This document shows positions 20,225-30,139 of a stretch of 64,000 nt of DNA, piece by piece. Below the pieces are notes generated by a model that was not told where the DNA came from, searched no databases, and saw only the letters and a list, made by a program, of their open reading frames with translations. How positions within the stretch are numbered: position 1 is the stretch's first letter; every line of letters begins with the position of its first letter. The position numbers and the translations under genes are program-made. Location: the IMG/VR virus record IMGVR_UViG_3300046468_002484; one strand, 5' to 3'. This stretch comes from an uncultured virus (IMG/VR IMGVR_UViG_3300046468_002484). Taxonomy: Duplodnaviria; Heunggongvirae; Uroviricota; Caudoviricetes.

Positions 20225-20788
20225 TTATTCAGTCTCCAATTCCACAAAAGCGTCTTTCACATGAGCAACGCATTTTTCAAGTGCATTATCTCCATACCAA
20301 TCCCACTCAACCAAGCAATCTGCATTCTTTCTCAGTTGTGGGTCGTTCTTTCGTTCATAGTCGTTGGCAGGTTCGTTGCCGGTCATAGTCAAATGAATTA
20401 CTTTTCCACCGATTTTGTGAATATAATCAATTTCATTTGGAAATCGAATATCAGTAACAATGCTTACGATGTTATTCTTTTTATTATCGTTAATAATTTT
20501 TTCAACTTTTTTGACCCAATGTAAATCATCTTTTTTACGGATAATTTCAGTTCCCCAGCAGGTTAACATAGGACGAATGACTTCTTTTTCTGATGTTACT
20601 TCTGTGAATGCCGATATACCCAGTTTCTCCATCAAAAATGCGTCTAAATCTTTTTTAAGTTCGTCTGCGAACGCAAGTCTTTGTGATTCGTAGTTTAATG
20701 ATTTCAAATATTCACGTGCGTAATTACAAAAAGTATCTTTGCCACACCGAGCCAATCCCGTTAGACCTATTATCATTGGAACATCCAT
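20225..20788 (-). CDS. Deoxynucleoside monophosphate kinase (T4 gp1-like)
   Basis: IIGLTGLARCGKDT, AFADELK, WGTE..R, VTDIRFPNE. Confidence 0.88.
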   Translation of the reverse strand: MDVPMIIGLTGLARCGKDTFCNYAREYLKSLNYESQRLAFADELKKDLDAFLMEKLGISAFTEVTSEKEVIRPMLTCWGTEIIRKKDDLHWVKKVEKIINDNKKNNIVSIVTDIRFPNEIDYIHKIGGKVIHLTMTGNEPANDYERKNDPQLRKNADCLVEWDWYGDNALEKCVAHVKDAFVELETE

Positions 20789-20823
20789 TACAAAATATAA
20801 GTATTATAATAACTCAATAATAC

Positions 20824-21243
20824 TCAAAAGAAATCGCGATATTTTGGAACATCCACATCAGTATCATCAAATGTTTCATCTGTATCGTCAGCACCATCAA
20901 TAGCAACCGAGTTGGGTTTTGGAAGTGGGTCTGCGTCTTGTACACCCACTTGTCGTTTCCATTCGGGTGGAACTTTTAGTTTTTCTTGGGCAGACACACG
21001 ATAAATGCCAGGATCAAGATTAAACGCAGTTAATTCATCAAATTTACCTCCCCAGATATCATCTGCCTGTGGAAACTGCGTTTGTGAATAACCTCCGTTT
21101 GTAAACCACGCATCAGACCTACCTTTTAGTTCAGAGCCAAGTTTTCTTATTTTTCCTCCTGCCAGAAAATTGCCGAAGTCAGGTTCACTGTCAGTTGCAG
21201 TTGAAATTCCAGCGGACGTTACTTCGTGTATAAATTTGCTCAC
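20824..21243 (-). CDS. Hypothetical protein
   Basis: 139-aa ORF with GTG start directly after TATTTAT. Confidence 0.6.
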   Translation of the reverse strand: MSKFIHEVTSAGISTATDSEPDFGNFLAGGKIRKLGSELKGRSDAWFTNGGYSQTQFPQADDIWGGKFDELTAFNLDPGIYRVSAQEKLKVPPEWKRQVGVQDADPLPKPNSVAIDGADDTDETFDDTDVDVPKYRDFF

Positions 21244-21262
21244 ATAAATATATATTCACTTG

Positions 21263-22918
21263 CTAGAAAATACGACGCACATCTGCCCGTAACCCGTAAT
21301 AACCTTTGTTTGCGATAAACTGCTCACGATAAATATTATGCTGACTTTTAAGTTTGTTTATGCGATTCATTTCTGTCCAACCCAATGCTTTGTGTTGTGT
21401 TTGTGTATTTGCAATACTGAGTTTTTTGCCACCCGAATTTAAAATTGCTTTGTTGTATTTATCATCCATCATATTTATATACTTTGATCCCGTTGATTCT
21501 GCTCTTTTAAGCAAATCCCAATCTTGATACCCCATTGGTAGAAGTGATTGATCGTATCCACCGAGTTGATTGAATTTGTTTTTTGTTAATCCGATACGAC
21601 CAAAATTTCCATTTTGAGCAGTTTGATCAAATTGATGTAATACGCAATTATAGTTATGCTTTTCAAATTGATTTATTACAAAATCACCACCACGAATTCC
21701 TGTGAAGTTATCACAATCCAATGTTACTACAATTTTACCAGTTGAATAATGTATTGCGGTGTTTTTTGCAACCGAGGCGTGCCATGAATTCAATCTATCG
21801 GTTTCATAATACTTGAAGTATCCATGTTCATTATATTTTTTAAAGTTCTGAAATCTTATCCAATCACGAAATCCGTCTGTGCTTCCGAAGTCTACCAATA
21901 CAAATTCTATATGCGTATTATCTACAAAGTTGTCTTCAAGGTTTTGCATCAGTGTTTGTTCAATTTGATGGGTTCTGTTTAAAACTCCAATAGCAAATGT
22001 CAATTTTTTGGAAGATTCTGGTGTATTTGGGATATTAGGAGTTGCTTCAATAAAATGGTCAGTGCTACCAATCGGATCATAAACACTCTCAGACGAAGAG
22101 GTTAAACTTTGCATAAAATCAGGAAGATTCTTACGAACCCGTTTATATAATTTAAGTGAAACATCAGGATCGTTTTTTTTCTCAGAGTGCAAATGAGTAT
22201 AAACTACATCTGAATTCCGGACACAATGTGGTGATTCGTTATTTAATTTTATTTTTGCACCCAAATACCAAGAGTCACAAACCCGATGGATATTACCGTA
22301 AAACTTACGAGAAGATTCTTTTTTAAAAACTTTTAAATTTTCAGCTGAACCTATCATTCTTAATACCTCAAGGGCATGATCATTTATGAAACCGAAATCT
22401 GTACCGCCATATATTCCTTTTGATGGAATATCGAAATTTGGTTTTTTTGCAAATAATTTCCAGTGGGGTCGCACCACTAAATCATTGGCAAGAACTCGTT
22501 CAACTTCTTCTACGTATTCTGCGGGAGTTTTATGCATATCTTCTACTACTAATGAAGCATTCATCATTTTTGAATTATGTGGAATATCCCATAAATAAAA
22601 ATCGTTTTCTATATGCACGAACGGCACTTTGGTTTTTTGACAAGCTATAACTTTTGATAAAGTATAAAAGTACGATGGAAACTGTTTTTCATTTAATTCT
22701 TCTACATCATCATACACTTCATCAAATCGTATAATATTACACACTTGAGAAATTGCTTCGTGATCTCCGTAAAATATAACTTTGTCAAAAAACTTCCGTG
22801 ATTGATCTACACTTAACTTTAAAGATACAAGCAAATCGTTTTTTCTATGAAAATTACTATAACAGTTTTTTGTTACGAATGGTTTTGCCCAATATGAGTA
22901 TACTGCGGTTTTTATCAT
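21263..22918 (-). CDS. Two-domain glycosyltransferase (unknown GT-A-like N-domain plus GT2/GT7C-like C-domain)
   Basis: VYSYWAKP..PFVHIEND; VDFGSTD, AKN..LDCD, GGYDQ..GYQDWDL. Confidence 0.7.
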   Translation of the reverse strand: MIKTAVYSYWAKPFVTKNCYSNFHRKNDLLVSLKLSVDQSRKFFDKVIFYGDHEAISQVCNIIRFDEVYDDVEELNEKQFPSYFYTLSKVIACQKTKVPFVHIENDFYLWDIPHNSKMMNASLVVEDMHKTPAEYVEEVERVLANDLVVRPHWKLFAKKPNFDIPSKGIYGGTDFGFINDHALEVLRMIGSAENLKVFKKESSRKFYGNIHRVCDSWYLGAKIKLNNESPHCVRNSDVVYTHLHSEKKNDPDVSLKLYKRVRKNLPDFMQSLTSSSESVYDPIGSTDHFIEATPNIPNTPESSKKLTFAIGVLNRTHQIEQTLMQNLEDNFVDNTHIEFVLVDFGSTDGFRDWIRFQNFKKYNEHGYFKYYETDRLNSWHASVAKNTAIHYSTGKIVVTLDCDNFTGIRGGDFVINQFEKHNYNCVLHQFDQTAQNGNFGRIGLTKNKFNQLGGYDQSLLPMGYQDWDLLKRAESTGSKYINMMDDKYNKAILNSGGKKLSIANTQTQHKALGWTEMNRINKLKSQHNIYREQFIANKGYYGLRADVRRIF

Positions 22919-22989
22919 CTCACATATAAATATTAAATTATGCTATTTTATATATGAGTGTATTTAAGATATAATGTATTATTGCGAAC

Positions 22990-23769
22990 TTATTCGGTTT
23001 TGCTACAAGTACTATTAAAATCTACTTTACGCAACTCTTCGGCGGAACAAAGTTTGAGTTTTTTTAATTTTGCAATACAATAATCCGAGGTGTTTATGTC
23101 ACCTGGAATACACTCGGTGTGAACATAGTCAGAGGACATTAATTGTCTATTGTATTTAATGTTATTGCAATATAAATATAACAATCCAATTTCAGTTTGA
23201 GGAAATGCTGTTTGCATTTTAAGAATAAATTTTTCAATGTGCTCATTTTGGTTTGCGGAATGCACTCTACTGAGTTGTCGTGGTTCATCCGCACGAAAAA
23301 ATAATATTTTATTTTTACTTTCAAGTTGGGCAACAAGTCGATTCTGACGATTTCCAAACACACGTTTCATATCCGACCAAACGGGACTTATATCGAGTTC
23401 ATCCGATGTTTTCCATCGGTGCAGTTCATCTTTACTTAAAGATTTCTCAAACCACGAATCTGCAAAATGTGGATAATAAACACTGGATGTATTTTTGTGC
23501 CAAATAATTTTATTACGAATTTTAATGCTTCGGGGTGCAATTTCGTTTTTAATGTTCCACATTTTAATGTCATCAAAATAGTTTGCAAACCGAGTGGACA
23601 TTAAGTCTGCGGTTTCTGTAAGTCCTTCAACCGTATCCATGTTGTCAAATGGACTTGAAAAGTAACGAACACCTGCTTCACGTGAAATGCTCAACGTGTT
23701 GCACTTGATTCCCAAATTTACAACAATATTCCAGTTTGTATCAAAAATTTTAGAATATGTTTGTCTCAT
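22990..23769 (-). CDS. DUF1796-like (putative papain-fold) protein
   Basis: VVNLGIKC, SSPFDNM, YPHF, R..RL..ILFFR. Confidence 0.55.
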   Translation of the reverse strand: MRQTYSKIFDTNWNIVVNLGIKCNTLSISREAGVRYFSSPFDNMDTVEGLTETADLMSTRFANYFDDIKMWNIKNEIAPRSIKIRNKIIWHKNTSSVYYPHFADSWFEKSLSKDELHRWKTSDELDISPVWSDMKRVFGNRQNRLVAQLESKNKILFFRADEPRQLSRVHSANQNEHIEKFILKMQTAFPQTEIGLLYLYCNNIKYNRQLMSSDYVHTECIPGDINTSDYCIAKLKKLKLCSAEELRKVDFNSTCSKTE

Positions 23770-24605
23770 CTCTGTATATTTCCTTGTTCGTTTACAATCT
23801 TAGATTTTTGATCGGTGAATTCAAGATTCTTTGAATATTTTAAAACAAGAACTTCGTGTATTCTATTGCCACGAAACTTATTCTCAATTTTTAATAAGTT
23901 ATATTGAAATTCCGATACAAGTTTATGCATTTTATACAACTCACCCACATATAAATTATCAATACCAATCTGACCATCATTTACAGAAAATAAATGTTTT
24001 TTAGTTGGATCACTTCTCCATGAATTCGCTTGTCTAACAAATCCAGGAAATACAATTGAATTGATCTTGTTTTTTAAAAAAAATTCAATTCCACATTTTG
24101 TTTTTTTCAAAGTCTTCTCAGGTGATGCATAATAATGCTCCCAAGTTGGAAGTTCATTTATATCAAATCTTGTATTTACAATTGCATCGTAGTTTATTTG
24201 TGTCTCCACAATTGATTTAATTCCCTGAAAAATTCCAAACCACATTTTCTTCCACCCAAGTCGTGGACAGTTTCCACCCGAAACATTACCAGATAACTCT
24301 CCGTATAGTTTTATTTTCAAGTCATCAAAAATTGAAATTTTTTTAAGAGTAATGTTACAATTTGAAAAATACTTCCTAATTTTGCTTTCAGTTACCGTAT
24401 AGTCATCATTTGAAATTAATGTATTTTTGTGAGGTCTCCAGGTATCGTTTGACCTCACCTCACGAACATTCCATGTGCTAATGTACAAGTCAATATTGTA
24501 TAAATTTGCGAGACCATTTATATAATTCACAAGTTTGTCGTTGTCTAAACTTTTTTTTACATGACCACGTAACAAAATCGCAATATTTTGCTTATCATTC
24601 ATCAA
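23766..24605 (-). CDS. Putative glycan-modifying protein
   Basis: IAILLRGH, LYISTW, KMWFGI, YDAIVNTRFD, IDN..G, HE pattern typical of polysaccharide-locus GT-like proteins. Confidence 0.5.
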   Translation of the reverse strand: MMNDKQNIAILLRGHVKKSLDNDKLVNYINGLANLYNIDLYISTWNVREVRSNDTWRPHKNTLISNDDYTVTESKIRKYFSNCNITLKKISIFDDLKIKLYGELSGNVSGGNCPRLGWKKMWFGIFQGIKSIVETQINYDAIVNTRFDINELPTWEHYYASPEKTLKKTKCGIEFFLKNKINSIVFPGFVRQANSWRSDPTKKHLFSVNDGQIGIDNLYVGELYKMHKLVSEFQYNLLKIENKFRGNRIHEVLVLKYSKNLEFTDQKSKIVNEQGNIQR

Positions 24606-25207
24606 CTTTCTCCAAATTCATACCCAAAATACTCAATGTCTTTTGCGTATTTTTCCGCAACGATTTGTTTTGTTTCGTCATCGTAGTATTCGGTATAGTG
24701 CTTGTGTTTGCTTTTGTTTTTGTGTGGAAGTTGTTGTTGAGGAATTCCAATTTTGTCGCAGATAATATCAAAGTCTTCTTGGAGATTTTCAAATCTTCCG
24801 ATGAAGTCTGGAATCAATTCCCCGTTGTCATCACAAACCCATTTATATTGCTCCTTGAAATGAATTTGATTGAAAAGAATATCATCCCAATTCAACACCA
24901 TGTCTTCAAAACTAGAATATTGAGCTAAATATCTATTACAATCTTTCTTATCTCCCGAGGTTGTGTTACCGTTTTTTAAATAAAAATATACAGAAACCAA
25001 TCTATCCCAAGGATTTCTTGTAAAGGTAAAAATATATCCTGTAAAATCTTGATCAACTCTGTCTTTTAAATATTTAAAACTCTTTTTACGAGTATCATGT
25101 CCGTAGATAACACAGAATTTTTTACTATTACGGAATTTTCTTTTGACGGAGATACCACCACATTTTGGCATATGTACGAAGATATATTTATGTTTATAGT
25201 TAATCAT
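24602..25207 (-). CDS. Sulfotransferase family 2 protein carrying the conserved tail repeat
   Basis: HMPKCGG, TRNPWDRLVS, DFIGRFENLQEDF..YAKDIEYFGYEFGE. Confidence 0.88.
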   Translation of the reverse strand: MINYKHKYIFVHMPKCGGISVKRKFRNSKKFCVIYGHDTRKKSFKYLKDRVDQDFTGYIFTFTRNPWDRLVSVYFYLKNGNTTSGDKKDCNRYLAQYSSFEDMVLNWDDILFNQIHFKEQYKWVCDDNGELIPDFIGRFENLQEDFDIICDKIGIPQQQLPHKNKSKHKHYTEYYDDETKQIVAEKYAKDIEYFGYEFGES

Positions 25208-25251
25208 TATTATTTAATTTTTTGCTTTACTAATTTTTCTGATGTATGATT

Positions 25252-26130
25252 CTAATTGACAATATAAGTTTTTTTTGTTGTAGCAAATACAGCATTCATT
25301 TGTAATCCTGCATCTGTTCGTCTGAGGATATCATTATTTAGATTGTATATATATGAATCTCCGTTTCCGTCAATAAATCTCTTTAATGCTATCAAACCAG
25401 AAAATGTACTTCTTGACAAACCTATAAACTGCTTTGCTTGACAACATACCTCAAAATTTATCGCAGCGTTAACTTCATATTCTAACTTTGGATCAAAAAA
25501 GAAATTCGCCGAAATTCTGTTTGATATAAATTTTTCTTTAATATTGATGTGATTTTCTCCGGTAGTAAAAAATACACCCTCGTTGGTAAATTTTTTGTAC
25601 ATTTCAATTAAATCATCAAGTTTAATAAGCAGTGTTTCACCTATAGGTACATTCTTCCAATTATTGTATTCTTGCCAGTCTGATTCAATTCTAATCTGCA
25701 TCGCATTCAGTTCTTCATTAACATTTTGCTTAGAAATTAATTTGTTTTTTTTGTTTAATTCTAATGATCTTAAAACTGTTAGTTGCATACACGATTTTGG
25801 TATCATACAATCCCCACGCATTGATTTTCGACGTTTTTCGGAATAATTCCACAAATTAATATTATTTTGTTTAATTGTGTATTTAGATGCATCGTTATGT
25901 GGAATTATTAAGTTATGACCATTGTTATGTGGTTTCATGTTTTGATTAAATTTATCTAAATCGTATATATCCGAAAACAAAATGCTTCTCAATGGCCAAC
26001 CAAACTTTGGTTCTAGTATTTTTATATTATTTTTAATTGCAATATCACACGCACTAAAAAAACAATATAATTTATTACACAACCCACCCTTTAAGTTTAT
26101 TTTAATTATATTTTCAACCATCACAAACAT
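25252..26130 (-). CDS. O-fucosyltransferase-family (GT-B) protein
   Basis: LKGGLCNKL, MQIRIESDW, AAINFEVC..FIGLSRSTFS. Confidence 0.75.
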   Translation of the reverse strand: MFVMVENIIKINLKGGLCNKLYCFFSACDIAIKNNIKILEPKFGWPLRSILFSDIYDLDKFNQNMKPHNNGHNLIIPHNDASKYTIKQNNINLWNYSEKRRKSMRGDCMIPKSCMQLTVLRSLELNKKNKLISKQNVNEELNAMQIRIESDWQEYNNWKNVPIGETLLIKLDDLIEMYKKFTNEGVFFTTGENHINIKEKFISNRISANFFFDPKLEYEVNAAINFEVCCQAKQFIGLSRSTFSGLIALKRFIDGNGDSYIYNLNNDILRRTDAGLQMNAVFATTKKTYIVN

Positions 26131-26806
26131 TCTTTAAAAATTTATTGACACGGGTTCTGTGATGTAAAATTATAGTATTATCGTCAACATCTTTAAATCT
26201 CCAATTAAAAATTCTTTTTATTTTTTTGAATTTGATATTCATTGTATATAATGAATATCTAAATGCTCCTTGATCGCGATGATTTTTGTAATTTTTAACA
26301 AAAAAGTTTAACCAACTTTTCATTAACCGAACTATAATTTCATTGTTGTTAAAATATAATACTCCCGTGTTCATTTCCGTAAAATTTCTTGGTATTTCAA
26401 TAAATTTACCAACTGAATCTATCTCACGGGAACTCGGACCATATGGCACTGGTGCTTGAACTCCTACTATATCAAATTTAGTGAGCATATCAAATGGAAT
26501 CATAAAATCGTTTTTTAATATCATTGCGTCACTATCAATAAACAAAATCTTTTCATAATTTTTGTTTTTTAACAAAGTAATGATCCCCTGTATTTTATAG
26601 GCATGACCCTTTCCCTTTGGATAATTATTTGCCTCAACAACGACATCGTCAAATACTTTTTCTTTATTTTTATACTCTGCATCTGTATGCAATATCAAAT
26701 CGCATTGTTTAGGAATAAATTGCTTTGAGTATTTGGCTGCTCGTTTGGCTTCACTTATACACCTACTTCCAAATGCTGAATATAATATACAAATTTCTTT
26801 TTGCAT
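26114..26806 (-). CDS. GT-A nucleotide-diphospho-sugar transferase (GT8/77-like)
   Basis: LFIDSDA, EMNTGVL, RDQGAFR, ILHH. Confidence 0.7.
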   Translation of the reverse strand: MQKEICILYSAFGSRCISEAKRAAKYSKQFIPKQCDLILHTDAEYKNKEKVFDDVVVEANNYPKGKGHAYKIQGIITLLKNKNYEKILFIDSDAMILKNDFMIPFDMLTKFDIVGVQAPVPYGPSSREIDSVGKFIEIPRNFTEMNTGVLYFNNNEIIVRLMKSWLNFFVKNYKNHRDQGAFRYSLYTMNIKFKKIKRIFNWRFKDVDDNTIILHHRTRVNKFLKNVCDG

Positions 26807-26809
26807 AAT

Positions 26810-27067
26810 TTATTTTTCCTTGATCAAAAATTTCGGTTTATTCGGAAAATAACCTATTGGATTTTCATAAATTACATGATCACCATTATCTATTAATGTC
26901 ACAAAATCCTGATCAAATAAACTTACCTTATCCATCATCCTAGAAACACAATATAACCTTATTTCATATAATGCTTCATCTCGTGTACCATGAACACCAA
27001 TTATCTGATTACCAAATGTATCAATTACTTCATATTCCACCATCAACTCTCCTTTACAATAAATCAC
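26810..27067 (-). CDS. Hypothetical protein
   Basis: Short ORF tiled between neighbours; start may be the internal MVEYEV. Confidence 0.5.
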   Translation of the reverse strand: MIYCKGELMVEYEVIDTFGNQIIGVHGTRDEALYEIRLYCVSRMMDKVSLFDQDFVTLIDNGDHVIYENPIGYFPNKPKFLIKEK

Positions 27068-27659
27068 TATCTATTACCACCTTTAAATTTTTCGCATAAT
27101 ACAATCCCACAGGACTGATATAGTCACGTCCCAAACCCACAAAGTCTTCTAAATTTGCTTCTATCAAATTGTTTTCATACGATACATAAATCAACTCACT
27201 ACAATATAATTCTTTTATTCCCAATGAAAATTCGGCATCGTAAGTTGCATTCTGTAATGACTTGCACTTTGCAATTGCGTTTGAAAGTTGTTCGTCTGTT
27301 ATTTTCTTGCAACGCATTATCACAACACGGTCCGATTCTTTGCATATATCAAAAAAGCAACTCTTGGTATAATCCGAATGAGTCATTTCACTTACTTCCC
27401 AGTCTGCATCTAAACTAACGCACATCGCTGCATGAGAAAATTCTCCAGGAATCAATAGTGTCGTAAGTTTCTTTTTGTCAATTGTAAGAATAACATCCCC
27501 CGGAAGCAACTGCTGATATAAAGCATGATATTTTTTTCCACGAAGATTCGTATAATAAGTTGTAAAACGAATATACGGAATTACGTGTTTCAGCAAATAC
27601 CGATACATCTGTGTCTGCATAATATAGCCGACAATTCGTCTATAAAGTTTATTCACCAT
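27054..27659 (-). CDS. Permuted papain-like NlpC/P60 (YiiX/YebB-like) amidase/acyltransferase
   Basis: LLPGDVIL, FSHAAM, YD..F, LYCSELI. Confidence 0.8.
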   Translation of the reverse strand: MVNKLYRRIVGYIMQTQMYRYLLKHVIPYIRFTTYYTNLRGKKYHALYQQLLPGDVILTIDKKKLTTLLIPGEFSHAAMCVSLDADWEVSEMTHSDYTKSCFFDICKESDRVVIMRCKKITDEQLSNAIAKCKSLQNATYDAEFSLGIKELYCSELIYVSYENNLIEANLEDFVGLGRDYISPVGLYYAKNLKVVIDSDLL

Positions 27660-27674
27660 CTCCTTATATAAATA
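27610..27674. repeat. Direct repeat of promoter core plus gene 5' end, copy 1 (copy 2 at 29119-29183)
   Basis: 46 bp identical (27610-27655 = 29119-29164) extending to ~65 bp with 3 mismatches. Confidence 0.9.
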
Positions 27675-27696
27675 GAGAAAATCTTAGTTTTTATAA
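27668..27696 (-). promoter_or_regulatory. Bipartite phage promoter-like motif
   Basis: TTATAAAAACTA-N10-TATTTAT followed by AAGGAG ATG. Confidence 0.6.
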
Positions 27697-27749
27697 TAAA
27701 TTTAGTTTGATGTATTAGTTTATTATGTATACACTATTAACAAATTACA

Positions 27750-28055
27750 TCATTGACCAGCACCACGTTTACGATGAACCCAGAGAACACGAGAATATAA
27801 CCAATTTTTAATATTACGGTCGTTTAATATAAATTTTGAATCAGGAAATAATTTGTCTAATCTTTTGAAATCGCACATTTCTCCATCTGAATAACAAGTG
27901 TTATTTTTAAAAGCATTAAGTAGTTTTGCATCGGATAATGTTCTGCTCTTACCTGTCCATCTGGTATTATGCGTAGATTTAAATTGTTGACCGACAATTT
28001 TAGCATATGTTGTTGTACCAGTTTTGTTAAATCCTATAAAAAATATTTTATTCAT
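27750..28055 (-). pseudogene. 3'-truncated sulfotransferase (Sulfotransfer_4-like), paralog of 46941..47564
   Basis: KIFFIGFNKTGTTTY..CYSDGEMCDFKRLDKLFPDSKFILN; 101 aa versus 207 aa in the paralog. Confidence 0.7.
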
Positions 28056-28057
28056 TT

Positions 28058-28138
28058 TTATTCACCAAATTTGTATCCGAAATACTCAATGTCTTTTGCG
28101 TAAAGTTCCGCAATGATTTGTAAGGAATATTTAATCAT
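28058..28138 (-). pseudogene. Orphan sulfotransferase tail (mini-ORF MIKYSL-QIIAELYAKDIEYFGYKFGE)
   Basis: Matches the tail repeat from 28120 down to stop 28058. Confidence 0.85.
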
Positions 28139-28146
28139 ATTTTGTT

Positions 28147-29055
28147 CTATGTACTGCTTTCGTTTAAAAATTCATCTATAAAATTATCTACATGAAATCT
28201 TTTTTTCAAAGAATACCAATCGTAATTTTTATATTTATTTTCGTATGTTTCAATTAAATGATTTTCATTTAGATTTTTCCATTCGTCAATTATGTAAATT
28301 GGTAAATTATATAAATCTCGTAGTTGTCTTGCATACGGAGCATCCGTTAGAACTGGAATTGTTTCACACATCATAGATTCATATATTTTAGGTGATTGGA
28401 TTCCAAGTCCTTGTGGACTTGCGAAATACAGATATTTACTTTTTTTGATATGATATTCTGAGACATCACAATGAAAGTTTTCTATTAGTTTATTACAAGT
28501 AATTGCCTCTAATATATTAATGCGGTCACGAAGACGATTTGTTGAGTTCGCTTGGAGTTTACCGAACGCAGTTCCTATTAGTTTTTCTTTTTGTATATTA
28601 TACGAACAATTTATTAGTTTTTTAAATGCATTTTTATTAAATTTTTTAATATACGAAAAAGTAAATCCCATTGGAAATGTTTTTATATTTGGATGTTCTT
28701 TTCTCAATGCTTCCAAAAAAATGTTATCAAAATGTTTTTTTAGTTCATAACTTAAATCATATAAATTTTTGTTAACCAGGTCCATTGCTCCATAAATTAT
28801 GTTTTTGTTCTTTCCACATACTTTATTTATATAATCTATATTATCTAAAATGATCTGCGGATTTGTTTTGGCACAAAAAATATGTGGATATTTGGAATTC
28901 TCGTTGTATATAGGAGTTGTACTGTTTTCTGCATATACAATCCTAAATTTTCGGTAAAAATCAGAGGATTTAAAGTAATCCCCTTTATTTGTATGACACC
29001 CTGGTCTGGCCATTGCCAAATCAAAAACTGAATTAAATGCTTGTTCTACATCCAT
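28147..29055 (-). CDS. Exostosin (GT47)-like glycosyltransferase
   Basis: C-terminal SKYLYFASPQGLGIQSPKIYESMMCETIPV..LPIYIIDEW. Confidence 0.65.
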   Translation of the reverse strand: MDVEQAFNSVFDLAMARPGCHTNKGDYFKSSDFYRKFRIVYAENSTTPIYNENSKYPHIFCAKTNPQIILDNIDYINKVCGKNKNIIYGAMDLVNKNLYDLSYELKKHFDNIFLEALRKEHPNIKTFPMGFTFSYIKKFNKNAFKKLINCSYNIQKEKLIGTAFGKLQANSTNRLRDRINILEAITCNKLIENFHCDVSEYHIKKSKYLYFASPQGLGIQSPKIYESMMCETIPVLTDAPYARQLRDLYNLPIYIIDEWKNLNENHLIETYENKYKNYDWYSLKKRFHVDNFIDEFLNESST

Positions 29056-29057
29056 CT

Positions 29058-29174
29058 TTAAATCTCTTTTATATTATATCCAACCGACTCAATATATTTG
29101 CTATCGTTTGTAACAATTTGTGTCTGCATAATATAGCCGACAATTCGTCTATAAAGTTTATTCATCATCTCCAT
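29058..29174 (-). pseudogene. Scar: duplicated 5' stub of gene 27054..27659 fused to a degenerate sulfotransferase-like tail
   Basis: MEMMNKLYRRIVGYIMQTQ|IVTNDSKYIESVGYNIKEI. Confidence 0.75.
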
Positions 29175-29176
29175 AG

Positions 29177-29205
29177 ATAAATATGAAGGAACGGAGTTTT
29201 TATAA
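29177..29205 (-). promoter_or_regulatory. Bipartite phage promoter-like motif
   Basis: TTATAAAAACTC-N10-TATTTAT. Confidence 0.6.
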
Positions 29206-29223
29206 AAAGTTCAGCGGGATATA

Positions 29224-29982
29224 TTACAAAGTAATATTTATCTTTTTAGGCAAATACCCATCATTCCATATTTTAAAATATTCTTTACAAAATCTTGACA
29301 TTTTGGTTCTAAATCCCATATGACCTCCCCACGAACCAACACCTCTAACTCTTTTGTGATTTTTTTTAGATTTTACATTATTATGCATATATTGTAAAAT
29401 ATTAGGAACGGTATAATTTGGGTTTCCATAATAGTTTGTTGCCACTGCTGACATAAAAATATCCTCCCCGTTCCAAAATGGTTTTCCTTCTTTTATTATT
29501 TCTGACGCAAGTGGTGCATACTTGAAAAATTCATATCCTAACTCTTTCTTAAATAACATACACTTGGTTAATACAATCATTACATCTCCAAAACTATTCA
29601 CATAATTGTATTTACATCCTTCTCTTAATATTCTTCCCCAAGAACCGACTATTCTATTTGGATTTTCAGTATACACATCGTATAAAGTTTTGAGTGCAAA
29701 TTCATTCGGATAACAATCATCATCTATCATTAAAATTATATCGTTTTTTGCATCTAATGCAGCTAAAAATCTACGACTAAGACCATAATATTCATTGACG
29801 TTTCCCCAATCTTTGCGATTCACAATTTTAGGATTATCAAATTCAAAATACGTATCTTCACGACCATGTGAAATAATAATTTCATCAATTAATTCATATT
29901 TTGTCATTATTGGCAAAATTACATCGTTAAGAACATGAGGTCTCAACCAGTTCATAACCACCATTGATATTTTTTTTTTCAT
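29224..29982 (-). CDS. GT64 (EXTL2-like) glycosyltransferase
   Basis: NWLRP, LSRRF, ILMIDDD, IVGSWGR, MIVLTK, NGEDIFMS, H..FR. Confidence 0.75.
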   Translation of the reverse strand: MKKKISMVVMNWLRPHVLNDVILPIMTKYELIDEIIISHGREDTYFEFDNPKIVNRKDWGNVNEYYGLSRRFLAALDAKNDIILMIDDDCYPNEFALKTLYDVYTENPNRIVGSWGRILREGCKYNYVNSFGDVMIVLTKCMLFKKELGYEFFKYAPLASEIIKEGKPFWNGEDIFMSAVATNYYGNPNYTVPNILQYMHNNVKSKKNHKRVRGVGSWGGHMGFRTKMSRFCKEYFKIWNDGYLPKKINITL

Positions 29983-30098
29983 TTTTTATTCTCCAAATTC
30001 ATAATTAAAATACTCAATGTCTTTTGCGTATTTTTCCGCAATGATTTGTGTCCGCCATGTAACACATAAAATGTGCCATATGTAATTACCCCTTTCAT
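29979..30098 (-). pseudogene. Scar: TagD-like cytidylyltransferase 5' stub fused out of frame to a sulfotransferase tail
   Basis: MKGVITYGTFYVLHGGH (cf. TagD MKKVITYGTFDLLHWGH) joined at 30048 to DNA encoding QIIAEKYAKDIEYFNYEFGE*. Confidence 0.85.
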
Positions 30099-30106
30099 CT
30101 CCATCT

Positions 30107-30135
30107 ATAAATAGAAAGAAGATGAGTTTTTATAA
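30107..30135 (-). promoter_or_regulatory. Bipartite phage promoter-like motif
   Basis: TTATAAAAACTC-N10-TATTTAT followed by GGAG ATG. Confidence 0.6.
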
Positions 30136-30139
30136 TAAC

